In this document: one piece after another, positions 20,001-29,199 of the stretch
How the letters are laid out: each line of letters starts with the position of its first letter
How positions within the stretch are numbered: the first letter of the stretch is position 1
Assembly: GCA_964418565.1 (NCBI GenBank)
Contig: CAYQMB010000001.1
Span: 14,433-78,432 of the forward strand
DNA from: an uncultured Bacteroidales bacterium
GTDB taxonomy: Bacteria; Bacteroidota; Bacteroidia; Bacteroidales; ML635J-15
Length of the DNA stretch: 64,000 nt
Reading direction: 5' to 3'
Translations under genes and position numbers: made by a program
Notes under the pieces: model-generated
The model's input: the letters and a program-made list of their open reading frames with translations, nothing else
Database searches by the model: none
Told to the model about the DNA's origin: nothing

Positions 20001-23000
20001 AATATTGAGTACATCGAATTCTGGATGATGGATCCCTTTGTGGAGGATGAAAACAACCCCGGTGGTGACCTTTACATCAACCTGGGTAATGTTTCAGAAG
20101 ACGTCCTTAAAGACAGCCGGAAATCCTTTGAAAACGGCCTGCCTGCACCGGCAGTAGATAATCCCACTGACACCACTGAATGGGCCATTGTGCCGCTCGT
20201 ACAATCCCTGGTAAATGCCTTTGATACCGATCCTGAAAGCCGTACGGCACAGGATGTAGGCCTGGATGGCATGTCAAATGAAGATGAACGGGCTATCCGC
20301 AATGACTACCTTCAACAACTTGCCACCATTTACGGCACTGAATCGGCAGTATATCAGGAAGCAGTTTCGGATCCCTCGAACGATGATTACCACCATTTCA
20401 GAGGTGAAGATTACGATGAACAGGATCTGGGAATTCTTGAGCGTTACATGAAATACAATGGCCTTGAAGGCAACAGCCCTGTTTCTCAGCCAGGCCAGGA
20501 CTTTTCCACTTCAGCCACATCCCAGCCCGATGTAGAAGACATCAATCAGGACAATACCCTCAGTGAAAACGAAGCTTATTTTCAGTACCGGATCAGTATT
20601 CGTCCGGAAGACATGGAAATAGGTGAAAATTTCATCACCGACAAGGTTGTATACGATGCCGAAATGGCCAATGATGAAAAAAGTGAAGTAACCTGGTATC
20701 AATTCAAAATCCCCGTTTCAAATTACGACAAAAAGATTGGTCGGATTGAAGACTTTAAGTCAATTCGTTTTATGCGAATGATGACAACCAATTTCAATCA
20801 GCCAACCATTATGCGCTTTGGTACGCTTGATCTTGTGCGTAGTGAATGGAGAAAATACGACAATTCATTCATCCAGCCGGGTGAATATATCCCTGATGAG
20901 CTTGCCCAGACCCCATTTGAAGTTACCGCTGTCAATATCGAAGAAAACGCCAACAAAGAACCGGTTAATTACGTTCTGCCACCGGAGATTGACCGTGTGA
21001 TAGATCCGGCAAACCCACAGCTACGACAGCTTAACGAACAGGCCATGGTACTCAAAGTAACTGATCTGGCAGACGGTGATGCCCGGGCCGTTTACAAGAA
21101 TATCGACATGGATGTGAGAAAATACCGCAGACTTAAAATGTTTATCCATGCTGAGGAAGTACCGGGTTATGACCTCAACGATGACGACCTGCGCCTCTTT
21201 GTACGCCTGGGTTCTGATTATCAAAACAACTATTACGAATACGATTTGCCACTGAAAGTCACCCCGGCAAGTAACTATGACAATGACAATCCCGATGACC
21301 GCCTGATTGTCTGGCCCGAAGAAAACAACCTGGAGTTGATTTTTGAAATGTTGCAGACGGTAAAACAAAACCGCAACGATGAAATGCGACGTGCCGGTTC
21401 CGGCGTTACCCTCACGCGTTTATATTCCATGGCTGATGGCTCCAGGAACGTTAGCATCATGGGTAATCCGAACCTGAGTAACGTGCGAACCATCATGATT
21501 GGCGTTCGCAATCCCAAAAAGCAAACCGCAACGGATCTGGATGACGGCATGGAAAAAACCGGTGAAATCTGGGTAAACGAACTCAGGCTTACGGATTTTG
21601 ATGAGAAAGGCGGATGGGCAGCTCGTGCACGCATGACCACCAAACTTGCTGACTTTGGTTCTGTCACCGTTACCGGATCAACATCCAAACCAGGCTTTGG
21701 AAGCATTAATCAGAAAGTCAGTGAACGACAAAAAGAAGAAATCAACGCATATAACATCTCTTCCAATCTGGAACTTGGTAAATTCTTCCCGAAAAAATCC
21801 GGCGTCAGAATACCGATGTACATCGGTTACAGCGAATCTGTCAGCAACCCGGAATACAACCCACTGGATCCCGACATTCCCTTTAAAGTTGCTTTAAACG
21901 ATCCCAACAAAACTCAGGAAGAAAAGGATTCTATTAAGCACATTGCACAGGATTACACCCAACGTAAAAGTCTGAACTTTACGAATGTTAAGATCAGCAA
22001 AATGGATGGCCAGCCCAAAATCTATGACTTATCCAACTGGTCGGTAAGCTATACCTACAACGAACAGTTCCATCGGGATGTAAATACGGAATTTGATACG
22101 CAAAGAGACATTTCCGGAGCGATTGCTTACAACTATAACGCCACGCCCAAAAATGTCAAGCCGTTTAAAAATGTACAATTTCTGAACAAGCCTGCTTTCA
22201 GGCTGATTAAAGATTTTAATTTTTATTATCTGCCATCCCAGTTAAGTTTCCGGACAAACCTGAACCGGCAATACAGCGAAATCCAAACCAGGAACATCAG
22301 CAATCCATACATGCAGATTCCGTTGAATGTCAATAAGAATTTCCTGTGGATCAGGCAATATGACTTCAAATACAACCTCTCCCGAAGCCTTAAATTTGAT
22401 TTCTCAGCCACAAACAACGCACGCATTGACGAACCGGAAGGCCGTTTGTGGGAAGGCGATCCGTACTATGAAGAAAAGATGGATACCATCTGGAACAACC
22501 TGAAAAACTTTGGTCGCAATACGCAATACAATCACAACATGAGCCTGAATTATCAGGTACCAATTAATAAAATACCCATCCTGAGCTGGATATCGGCTAA
22601 CGCACGTTACAACGGAACTTATGACTGGATTGCAGGTCCCATCACAGCCGACACCATTGAGCTTGGGAATACAATACAGAACAGCAATACCATCTCCCTG
22701 ACTTCACAGTTTAACCTTCTGTCTCTCTACAATAAAATTGATTACCTTAAAGATGTTAATCAGAAATACAAAGGCAGAAGGCGGCAGCGCAACAAAAAGC
22801 CCAAAATGGAAACTGTGACCTATACAGAGAATGTGGCATCTCTGGAAAAAGAGAAACGCGAACGCATCGTTCATAAACTGAAAACGGAAGATGTTACCAT
22901 CAAAGCCACAAAGAAAAATGGTCAGGTTATCGAAGGTGACACTCGGGTGATGAGTGATAAGGTTGTGTATTTTACACCCAGAGAAAGCAGTGATAGTGCT

Positions 23001-24497
23001 CAGATTTTGGTTACCGGCAAACGCGAAGCCAAAGAAAGCATTTTGAAAAAAATCGTTGACAACACGCTGGCCCTTGCCATGAGTACAAAGAATATTTCAG
23101 TAAGTTATTCTGGTACCAATGCGACACAACTCCCCGGATATTTACCGGAACCAACCATTATGGGATTAAGTAATTACCCACCTGATGCCCCTGCTGTTTC
23201 AGCCAGTTCAGCTATACAGGCACCAGGCGTTCCCTTCGTTTTAGGCTGGCAGGATCCGAATTTTGGCACATGGGCTTCAGATAACTATCTGGTAACACGC
23301 GATTCCATGCTCAACCAGCCGTATACCATGAGTGAAAATGAAACATGGAACATTCGTGCCTCCCTGGAACCTGTTCGCAGCATGCGCCTTGACCTCAACC
23401 TGAACCGCACACAAACCGTTAACACCAGTCAGTACTACAATTTCGTACAAGATAATCCTGAAACCGGTGACGGACACTTTGAAGTAGGAACTGAACAAAT
23501 CCAGGGAAACTTTTCAATGACGACGGTGACCATCGGCTCTGCATTTGAGCCCATAAGCAGCGACGGGAATTACGACTCAGAAACATTCTCAAAGTTTGCA
23601 GACTACCGAAAAGTTATTGCCACAAGGCTGGCAAAACAACGACCGGATTACGATCCTGCAGCTGTTGATGAAGAAGGGTATCCCGAGGGATATGGCAAAC
23701 TTTCTCAGGATGTTCTCATGCCTGCATTCCGGGCAGCATACTCAGATCGCGATCCCAAAACCATCACCCTGGATCATTTCCCCGACATCACCAATGTGCT
23801 ACCCAACTGGCGCATTACATACGATGGGCTTGCTAAGATTCCGTTTATCAAAGATTATCTCCGCACAGCTAATGTCACCCATACATATCGCTCTACATAC
23901 AACGTTGGTTCGTATCAAAACAACTTAAGGGACCTGTGGAATCCCCGGGAAGGCTTTAATTACATCACGGATCCAAATGGAAACTATTACTCTCAGTTTG
24001 CTTTCAATTCTGTCAGCATTACCGAACAGTTTTCACCCCTTATCGGCATTGATCTTAACTGGAAAAATTCGCTCATCACCAAAGTGGAAATTAAAAAGTC
24101 GCGTAATTTAATGATGAGCTTTAGCAACAACCAGCTTACAGAACAAAAAACAGATGAATACATTATCGGCGGCGGATACCGCATTAAAGATGTGCAAATT
24201 ACCATCGGGGGACGTGGTGGTCGTAAGCGTACCTTTAAATCAGACCTTAACCTGCGCCTGGATTTCTCCATCCGCAATAACCTCACCATCATACGTAAGC
24301 TGGAAGAAGGGGTTAATCAGCCAACTGCCGGTAATGAAGTGATTACCATCAAAGCATCGGCGGATTATGTGCTGAGCGATCGCTTTAACCTTCGTCTTTT
24401 CTATGATCATGTCATCAATGACCCAAAAGTTGTACTCTCCTATCCCAGCTCAAACATCGACTTTGGTGTAAGCGTAAGGTTTACTCTGGCATCTTAA
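17040..24497 (+). CDS. sprA: type IX secretion system translocon SprA (Sov)
   Basis: 2485 aa with signal peptide MKRIRKYKTLVVLAAILAFVGFYPGHA. Size, composition and beta-barrel-like C-terminus (...DFGVSVRFTLAS) fit SprA. The start codon is TTG at 17040. The first ATG-encoded Met is ~129 codons downstream, inside sequence that looks like mature protein. Confidence 0.92.
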   Translation: MKRIRKYKTLVVLAAILAFVGFYPGHAGNLPSESSVEFPVSDTIHSADTIDIEDVDLPWEFSQDDNNPLTDEPQSPLFGQDPDGIESNIEYDPETDSYIFRRTLGDSLELGTPYSLPFQDYLQYDFDQGMKDYWRQRVENASFESRSTLIPKLEVGGEAFDRIFGSNTIDIKPQGSAELSFGLNISKVENPNLPVKLQRTTTFDFDEQIQMNVVGQIGDKMKLNVQYDTEAAFDFENSVKIEYTGHEDEIIQKIEAGNVSLPLTGSLIQGSQSLFGFKTELQFGKLTMTSIFSQQKGETSTITVEGGAQMQEFELDADEYEEDKHFFLAHYFKEHYDQALKNLPVINSGVNITKIEVWVTNTSGNFEDARNIVGFTDLGESNKEFIQNEWVQASGINETRLPNDSVNTLFNITETYSGVRDINQVSSVLSQEPLSMQGGVDYQKIESARKLNPSEYTLNSQLGYISLNSRLQSDQVLAVAFEYTVGGQTFRVGEFANSGISAPDALIVKLIKGTALTPDLTTWDLMMKNIYSIGAYQVNSEDFILNVMYQNDKTGTAINYLPAGDIDNTILLRVMNLDNLNQQLDPYPDGRFDFVNNITIRPQNGRIIFPVREPFGSHLRQKITNGDPSLDEIADEYVFQELYDSTQSTARQIAEKNKFFLEGQYKSSSGSEISLNAINIPQGSVKVTAGGAELVENQDYTVDYNLGRVKIINEGILESGTPINISLESNSLFSVQTKTLVGTHLNYEISKDFNLGATILNLTERPLTQKVSIGDEPISNTIWGVNGSYRSEVPQITKAIDWLPLIETKEQSTITLTGEFAHLIPGHSSAIEDEGNAYIDDFEGSETSIDIKMFNAWSLASTPTGQEGLFPYGGLMDSLRYGYNRAKLAWYVIDPLFQRNNSPVSVEQQSSHYVREIREQEIFPNKESETGNIPATLAVLNLAYYPNLKGPYNYDADGVNTDGTLINPEQRWGGIMRELQTNDFEEANIEYIEFWMMDPFVEDENNPGGDLYINLGNVSEDVLKDSRKSFENGLPAPAVDNPTDTTEWAIVPLVQSLVNAFDTDPESRTAQDVGLDGMSNEDERAIRNDYLQQLATIYGTESAVYQEAVSDPSNDDYHHFRGEDYDEQDLGILERYMKYNGLEGNSPVSQPGQDFSTSATSQPDVEDINQDNTLSENEAYFQYRISIRPEDMEIGENFITDKVVYDAEMANDEKSEVTWYQFKIPVSNYDKKIGRIEDFKSIRFMRMMTTNFNQPTIMRFGTLDLVRSEWRKYDNSFIQPGEYIPDELAQTPFEVTAVNIEENANKEPVNYVLPPEIDRVIDPANPQLRQLNEQAMVLKVTDLADGDARAVYKNIDMDVRKYRRLKMFIHAEEVPGYDLNDDDLRLFVRLGSDYQNNYYEYDLPLKVTPASNYDNDNPDDRLIVWPEENNLELIFEMLQTVKQNRNDEMRRAGSGVTLTRLYSMADGSRNVSIMGNPNLSNVRTIMIGVRNPKKQTATDLDDGMEKTGEIWVNELRLTDFDEKGGWAARARMTTKLADFGSVTVTGSTSKPGFGSINQKVSERQKEEINAYNISSNLELGKFFPKKSGVRIPMYIGYSESVSNPEYNPLDPDIPFKVALNDPNKTQEEKDSIKHIAQDYTQRKSLNFTNVKISKMDGQPKIYDLSNWSVSYTYNEQFHRDVNTEFDTQRDISGAIAYNYNATPKNVKPFKNVQFLNKPAFRLIKDFNFYYLPSQLSFRTNLNRQYSEIQTRNISNPYMQIPLNVNKNFLWIRQYDFKYNLSRSLKFDFSATNNARIDEPEGRLWEGDPYYEEKMDTIWNNLKNFGRNTQYNHNMSLNYQVPINKIPILSWISANARYNGTYDWIAGPITADTIELGNTIQNSNTISLTSQFNLLSLYNKIDYLKDVNQKYKGRRRQRNKKPKMETVTYTENVASLEKEKRERIVHKLKTEDVTIKATKKNGQVIEGDTRVMSDKVVYFTPRESSDSAQILVTGKREAKESILKKIVDNTLALAMSTKNISVSYSGTNATQLPGYLPEPTIMGLSNYPPDAPAVSASSAIQAPGVPFVLGWQDPNFGTWASDNYLVTRDSMLNQPYTMSENETWNIRASLEPVRSMRLDLNLNRTQTVNTSQYYNFVQDNPETGDGHFEVGTEQIQGNFSMTTVTIGSAFEPISSDGNYDSETFSKFADYRKVIATRLAKQRPDYDPAAVDEEGYPEGYGKLSQDVLMPAFRAAYSDRDPKTITLDHFPDITNVLPNWRITYDGLAKIPFIKDYLRTANVTHTYRSTYNVGSYQNNLRDLWNPREGFNYITDPNGNYYSQFAFNSVSITEQFSPLIGIDLNWKNSLITKVEIKKSRNLMMSFSNNQLTEQKTDEYIIGGGYRIKDVQITIGGRGGRKRTFKSDLNLRLDFSIRNNLTIIRKLEEGVNQPTAGNEVITIKASADYVLSDRFNLRLFYDHVINDPKVVLSYPSSNIDFGVSVRFTLAS

Positions 24498-24556
24498 AAC
24501 AGCCTTGATGTTATGATTATCTGTTTTTAAACAATTGAAAAACTCAGGTTTTTTCT

Positions 24557-24564
24557 TACATTTG
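24557..24564 (+). promoter_or_regulatory. -7 promoter box TACATTTG upstream of gcvH
   Basis: Exact TAnnTTTG match 29 nt upstream of the ATG at 24593. Confidence 0.4.
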
Positions 24565-24592
24565 CCATGGATAATAACTAAACTTAAGTGTT

Positions 24593-24973
24593 ATGAAAAT
24601 ACAGGAAGATTACAAATACGCAAAAACCCACGAATGGGTAAAAGTGGACGGTGATGAAGCCACTGTTGGTGTTTCTGACTATGCTCAACAACAACTTGGT
24701 GATGTTGTTTTTGTTGAGGTTGAAACCGAAGGTGACGAGCTTGATAAGGAAGAGGCTTTTGGTACCATCGAGGCAGTAAAAACCGTTTCTGACATATACA
24801 TGCCTGTTGGAGGAGAAGTGCTTGAGTTCAATGAAAAACTCGAAGACAATCCCGACATGGTAAATAAAGATCCTTACGGAGACGGATGGATTGTTAAGAT
24901 TAAAATCTCAGACAAATCCGAACTGGATGATCTGATGGATGCTGAAGCATACAAAAAAGAAACAGAAGAATAA
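24593..24973 (+). CDS. gcvH: glycine cleavage system H protein (lipoyl carrier)
   Basis: 126 aa. Lipoyl-lysine context IEAVKTVSDIY. GcvH-like throughout. Confidence 0.95.
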   Translation: MKIQEDYKYAKTHEWVKVDGDEATVGVSDYAQQQLGDVVFVEVETEGDELDKEEAFGTIEAVKTVSDIYMPVGGEVLEFNEKLEDNPDMVNKDPYGDGWIVKIKISDKSELDDLMDAEAYKKETEE

Positions 24974-24988
24974 ACAGATTTAATAGCT

Positions 24989-25059
24989 TATCCTGCAAAG
25001 CCATAATAACTACTATCGCATCATCTCATTGCAGCGATATCCTATGGTTTTGCAGGATA
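24989..25059 (+). other. 71-nt nested hairpin between gcvH and ispD
   Basis: The outer 17-bp arms are TATCCTGCAAAGCCATA (24989-25005) and TATGGTTTTGCAGGATA (25043-25059), with one G-U pair. The inner stem is TATCGC (25014-25019)/GCGATA (25034-25039). The structure ends 8 nt before the ispD ATG. Confidence 0.5.
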
Positions 25060-25066
25060 TTATTTT

Positions 25067-25768
25067 ATGAAATACGTTGCTGTCATACTTGCCGGTGGTA
25101 CCGGTAAGCGGATGGGAGTAGATCGCCCCAAACAATTTTTAATGCTGGCAGGTAAACCTGTCATTCAACACAGTATGGAGCGTTTTGCTGATTCCGGTGT
25201 TATCGATGAGATCATCGTTGTCTCACATCCCGATTACAAAAGCGATGTACCTGTTGACAAACTTAAACTCAGCATGCCCGGCCACATTATTCCCGGAGGC
25301 AGCAGCAGAAACGTATCCACCTGGCAGGCCATCAATTTCGCCAAAAACCAGTACCGCAATCAGGAAACAGCCCTCATTTTTCACGATGCGGCACGCCCCA
25401 ATCCCGACATTGATGTCATCCGCAAGATTACCAAAATGCTTCTGAGTCACTGCGCTGTAGCCACTGTCAATCCGGTTACTGATACCTTGTACAAACTGGA
25501 TGAAAACGATAATTTTGCAGGCCTTGCAGATCGCAGCAAACTGCTAAAAGCGCACACACCTCAGGCATTCCGTCTGAGAACCATCAGTCAGGCATACGAC
25601 GCCAGGCAAATGAATGGGAATCCCGAATTCACTGATGACATCAGCATTGTCAATCACTACATGCCTGAAGTTAAAATCGGCATGGTACAGGACAATCCCC
25701 TCAATCTTAAAATCAGCATTCCCGGAGATTTAAAACTTATGGAAGCCATTATGTCTCAGGAGGCGTAA
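25067..25768 (+). CDS. ispD: 2-C-methyl-D-erythritol 4-phosphate cytidylyltransferase
   Basis: 233 aa. N-terminal AVILAGGTGKRMGVDRPKQFL nucleotidyltransferase motif typical of IspD. Confidence 0.85.
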   Translation: MKYVAVILAGGTGKRMGVDRPKQFLMLAGKPVIQHSMERFADSGVIDEIIVVSHPDYKSDVPVDKLKLSMPGHIIPGGSSRNVSTWQAINFAKNQYRNQETALIFHDAARPNPDIDVIRKITKMLLSHCAVATVNPVTDTLYKLDENDNFAGLADRSKLLKAHTPQAFRLRTISQAYDARQMNGNPEFTDDISIVNHYMPEVKIGMVQDNPLNLKISIPGDLKLMEAIMSQEA

Positions 25769-25769
25769 A

Positions 25770-26780
25770 TTATTCACCTGCCTTTTCTTTCAGCTCTTTC
25801 AGCAAATCATCACGGTTTACAGGAACAACCCCTGAATATTCACAAACAAGACCACCAGCCATATTGGCAATAAAAGCAATTTGTTTTAAATCCAGGCCAC
25901 AAATCATACAAAGCGTTGCTGTTGCAATTACCGTATCGCCAGCACCGGAAACATCTGTTATGCTACGGTATTCCGCTGAAACAAATTCAATCTCACCTTT
26001 TGAAGCTATAACGGCACCCGCCTCGGCCAGGGTAAGCAAAACCTGATCAACCCGAAGCGCTTGAATAAGTTCATTTATAACGCCCTTAATGACAGCCTTA
26101 TCGGATTTATCAAACTCGGTTTTCATCCCTTCTTTCATCTCCCGGTAATTTGGTTTAAACATGGTAACACCATGATAATTCAGGAAATTTCGCTTTTTGG
26201 GATCTACCATTACCGGAATATTCAACTGTTTTGCCAGAGAAACCACCCGCTCAATTAAGCCGGGTGTAATGCTTCCCTTATCGTAATCTTCAAAAATAAT
26301 GGCATCAGGATGATGCGTGTTGCAGGTATCTTTAACGCGTTGGAATAATGCCTTTTCTGCTTCGGGGGAGATAACATCAGTAATTTCCTCATCCACCCGC
26401 AACAGGTGCTGACTACTGCTGATAATCCGGGTTTTAACACTTGTAGGACGGTCGGGAATACGCACAATGCCATCGCTGACCATCCCTTCAGCCGCCATCT
26501 GACGCAAAAACTCATCACCATTTACATCCTTGCCAATAACCGAACACATCAAAGGTTTAGCTCCCAGGGATTTAATATTACGTGCCACATTGGATGCACC
26601 GCCCAGGCGGCTCTCTTTATCGCTGATACTAACCACCGGAATGGGTGCTTCAGGACTGATGCGGTCAACGTTTCCCCACATGTATGAATCAATCATAACA
26701 TCCCCGATAATCAGCACTTTCTTTTGGTTAAAACAATCAAAAACCGCTTCAATAGCATGTGTTTTCATAGGCAATGACAT
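25770..26780 (-). CDS. PfkB-family sugar kinase, D-glycero-beta-D-manno-heptose-7-phosphate kinase-like (RfaE/HldE domain I only)
   Basis: KVLIIGDVMIDSYMWG N-terminus and C-terminal VSGAGDTVIA PfkB motif. The ORF-track start at 26792 is a TTG. ATG candidates lie at 26780 and 26768. No adenylyltransferase domain is present. Confidence 0.78.
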   Translation of the reverse strand: MSLPMKTHAIEAVFDCFNQKKVLIIGDVMIDSYMWGNVDRISPEAPIPVVSISDKESRLGGASNVARNIKSLGAKPLMCSVIGKDVNGDEFLRQMAAEGMVSDGIVRIPDRPTSVKTRIISSSQHLLRVDEEITDVISPEAEKALFQRVKDTCNTHHPDAIIFEDYDKGSITPGLIERVVSLAKQLNIPVMVDPKKRNFLNYHGVTMFKPNYREMKEGMKTEFDKSDKAVIKGVINELIQALRVDQVLLTLAEAGAVIASKGEIEFVSAEYRSITDVSGAGDTVIATATLCMICGLDLKQIAFIANMAGGLVCEYSGVVPVNRDDLLKELKEKAGE

Positions 26781-26789
26781 ATTATCTTT

Positions 26790-26797
26790 CAAATTTA
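26790..26797 (-). promoter_or_regulatory. -7 promoter box TAAATTTG (minus strand) upstream of the sugar kinase gene
   Basis: The plus strand reads CAAATTTA. The box is 21 nt upstream of the ATG at 26768 and 9 nt upstream of the ATG at 26780. Confidence 0.3.
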
Positions 26798-26892
26798 CGT
26801 TTTTTCATCAAAGAACAAAGCCAATATGGCATTCAAGATTCTTATCAGCGCGAAAAACAGGCTCCGTCACTGATTTTATGTACTTTTGTCAG

Positions 26893-28008
26893 ATGCCCGC
26901 AGTGTACATACATATTCCCTTTTGCCGCAGAAAATGTCATTACTGTGATTTTTACTCTGTTGCCCGCCCTTCCATGGAAACGGTGTTTGTTGAGGCTCTC
27001 TGTAAAGAAATCAGAGAATTTCCGGGTAAAAAGGAAAATGCAGAAACCATTTATTTTGGTGGTGGAACCCCTTCTCTGCTATCTCCCAAATCAATTGAGA
27101 TGATAATGGAAGCTCTGCACAAACGGTTTACCGTACCCCGCGACACTGAAATAAGCCTGGAGGCCAATCCCGAAGATATCTGTAAGGAAAATTTACATGC
27201 ATGGAAATCAATGGGATTCAACCGCCTGAGCATAGGCATTCAATCACTGAATGATGAGCTATTAACATTTCTGGGCAGGAAACACAGTAAAGCACAAAAC
27301 ATCCAATGCCTTGAAGCCACCCAACAAGCCGGGTTCGATAATATATCGGCAGACCTGATATACGGAGTGCCGGGAATGAGTCAGGAGGTATGGGAACATG
27401 ATTTGCGCACGGTTTTATCCAGCGGGATTCACCACCTGTCTGCTTATCATCTGACAATTGAAACCGGAACACTCCTTCACAGGCAGTTAAAACAGGGTCA
27501 TTTTTCTCTTCCGGATGATGAAACATCCTACCGGCAGTTTATCCGTTTGTTTGAAATAACAGAACAAGAAGGATTCCCCTGGTACGAAATATCCAATTTT
27601 GCAAAGCCCGACTTTCACAGCAGGCATAACTCATCGTACTGGAAAGGCACAGCTTACTACGGTTTTGGACCTTCAGCCCATTCGTATGACGGCAATAACA
27701 AACGATGGTGGAATGAAAGCGATTTATCATCATACATCAATCCGGTGCAAAATCAATCCAATCATGAAATTCTGAGCAAGAAAGATAAAATCAACGATTA
27801 CCTGATAACACACCTTCGCACCCGTCGGGGGGTAGACCTCAAAGAAATGGCAAATCGTTTTCCGGATTTAACTATAATTCAATTAAAACGTAAACTTGAT
27901 GTATACACGACAGAGGGAAAGGCAGTGCTTTCAGGCAATCTTTTTTCACTCAGGCCCGAATCCCTGTTTATTTCAGACAGCATCCTGAAAGATATTCTTT
28001 ATATTTAA
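26893..28008 (+). CDS. hemW: radical SAM heme chaperone / oxygen-independent coproporphyrinogen-III oxidase-like HemW
   Basis: MPAVYIHIPFCRRKCHYCDFYS is the canonical HemN/HemW-type start and CxxxCxxC motif. The ORF-track extension back to 26530 is antisense to the kinase gene and looks spurious. Confidence 0.88.
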   Translation: MPAVYIHIPFCRRKCHYCDFYSVARPSMETVFVEALCKEIREFPGKKENAETIYFGGGTPSLLSPKSIEMIMEALHKRFTVPRDTEISLEANPEDICKENLHAWKSMGFNRLSIGIQSLNDELLTFLGRKHSKAQNIQCLEATQQAGFDNISADLIYGVPGMSQEVWEHDLRTVLSSGIHHLSAYHLTIETGTLLHRQLKQGHFSLPDDETSYRQFIRLFEITEQEGFPWYEISNFAKPDFHSRHNSSYWKGTAYYGFGPSAHSYDGNNKRWWNESDLSSYINPVQNQSNHEILSKKDKINDYLITHLRTRRGVDLKEMANRFPDLTIIQLKRKLDVYTTEGKAVLSGNLFSLRPESLFISDSILKDILYI

Positions 28009-28030
28009 CCCAACTAAAATCAGCCCGAAT

Positions 28031-29194
28031 ATGACTCGCAAAAACATCAATCCTGCCTTTGCCTCTGTACCCGTTTTTCTTGCTTTCCTGTCCATGGGAT
28101 TTGGCGATGTTGCCGGAACCCTCACGGATCTGGTGAAAGATGAATACCACCTGAGCAATTTTTTGGCCGGATTTGTTCCCATGTCCGGTTTTATCATGTT
28201 TGGCATTTTGCCGGTTCCATTCAGCCTGATAATGGCCAGACAGGGTAAGAAAAAAATTCTGGCTTTGGGTCTGATTGTCGCTCTGCTTGGCCTGGTAATC
28301 CCACTATTTTTGGGTTTTACTTTGTTTAGCGTTCTGTTGCTATCCATTCTGTTATTGGGTGCCGGGGCTGCTCTTTTGCAGGTAGCCGGAAACCCCATCA
28401 TGCGGGATGTATCACCGCAGGGTAAGTATTCCAGGAACCTTAGCTTTGGACAATTTGTAAAAGCTATCGGCTCGTTATCCGGAGCTCTGTTGCCGGCTGC
28501 GGCTGCTACATGGTGGGGTATGGACTGGAAATTACTTTTTCCTGTTTACGCTATAGCCATTGGCATAACAACAGTGATTTTACTACTCATTCCCATCCGT
28601 GAAAAAGCCATCCCGGAAGAACCTCCAACATTAAAATCATGCCTGGCGTTACTCGGGAAACCGGGAATCGGCATTATGGTGCTCGCCATTTTTTTATACG
28701 TTGGAGCAGAAGTTGGCATGGCTTCAAAATTGCCAAGTTTCCTGGAAAACAATTACGGACTTGAAATTAATAAATTAGGTGTTGCCAGTGTTGGATTGTT
28801 TTTCTTAACCATCATGCTAGGCCGTTTTCTTGGGGGTGTGATTCTCAACTGGATAAAAGCCCCGCTTTTCCTTCTGATCACAACCATTCTCGCTCTGGCG
28901 GGCATCGGTGGATTATTTTTAAATATACAGGCGCTTGCCATTGTTTCCATCGTCTTGATCGGCCTGGGATTTGCCAATATTTTTCCATTGATTTTTTCCA
29001 TCACAGTGGATAAACATCCTGAATACACAAATGAGTTATCGGGACTAATGGTAACTGCCATTATCGGCGGTGCTGTATTACCGGTTATCATGGGGGTGCT
29101 GGCTGATCTTACCAGTGTTGGTTTTAGTTTTGTAATTCCTGCAGCAGCCATATTATACGCCTTTTTCGTTGCCGTAAAAACTCAAAATTCATAA
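28031..29194 (+). CDS. MFS sugar transporter (glucose/galactose/fucose permease-like)
   Basis: 387 aa, about 12 hydrophobic segments, FucP/GluP-like pattern. It ends 5 nt upstream of a sugar kinase gene. Confidence 0.8.
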   Translation: MTRKNINPAFASVPVFLAFLSMGFGDVAGTLTDLVKDEYHLSNFLAGFVPMSGFIMFGILPVPFSLIMARQGKKKILALGLIVALLGLVIPLFLGFTLFSVLLLSILLLGAGAALLQVAGNPIMRDVSPQGKYSRNLSFGQFVKAIGSLSGALLPAAAATWWGMDWKLLFPVYAIAIGITTVILLLIPIREKAIPEEPPTLKSCLALLGKPGIGIMVLAIFLYVGAEVGMASKLPSFLENNYGLEINKLGVASVGLFFLTIMLGRFLGGVILNWIKAPLFLLITTILALAGIGGLFLNIQALAIVSIVLIGLGFANIFPLIFSITVDKHPEYTNELSGLMVTAIIGGAVLPVIMGVLADLTSVGFSFVIPAAAILYAFFVAVKTQNS

Positions 29195-29199
29195 CAATT

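Noticed and set aside
26530-26892. A 121-codon N-terminal extension of the hemW ORF in the ORF track (492 aa).
   Set aside because: The extension is antisense to the sugar-kinase gene and has no HemW-like sequence. The canonical HemW start MPAVYIHIPFC begins at 26893. I treat it as a shadow ORF extension.
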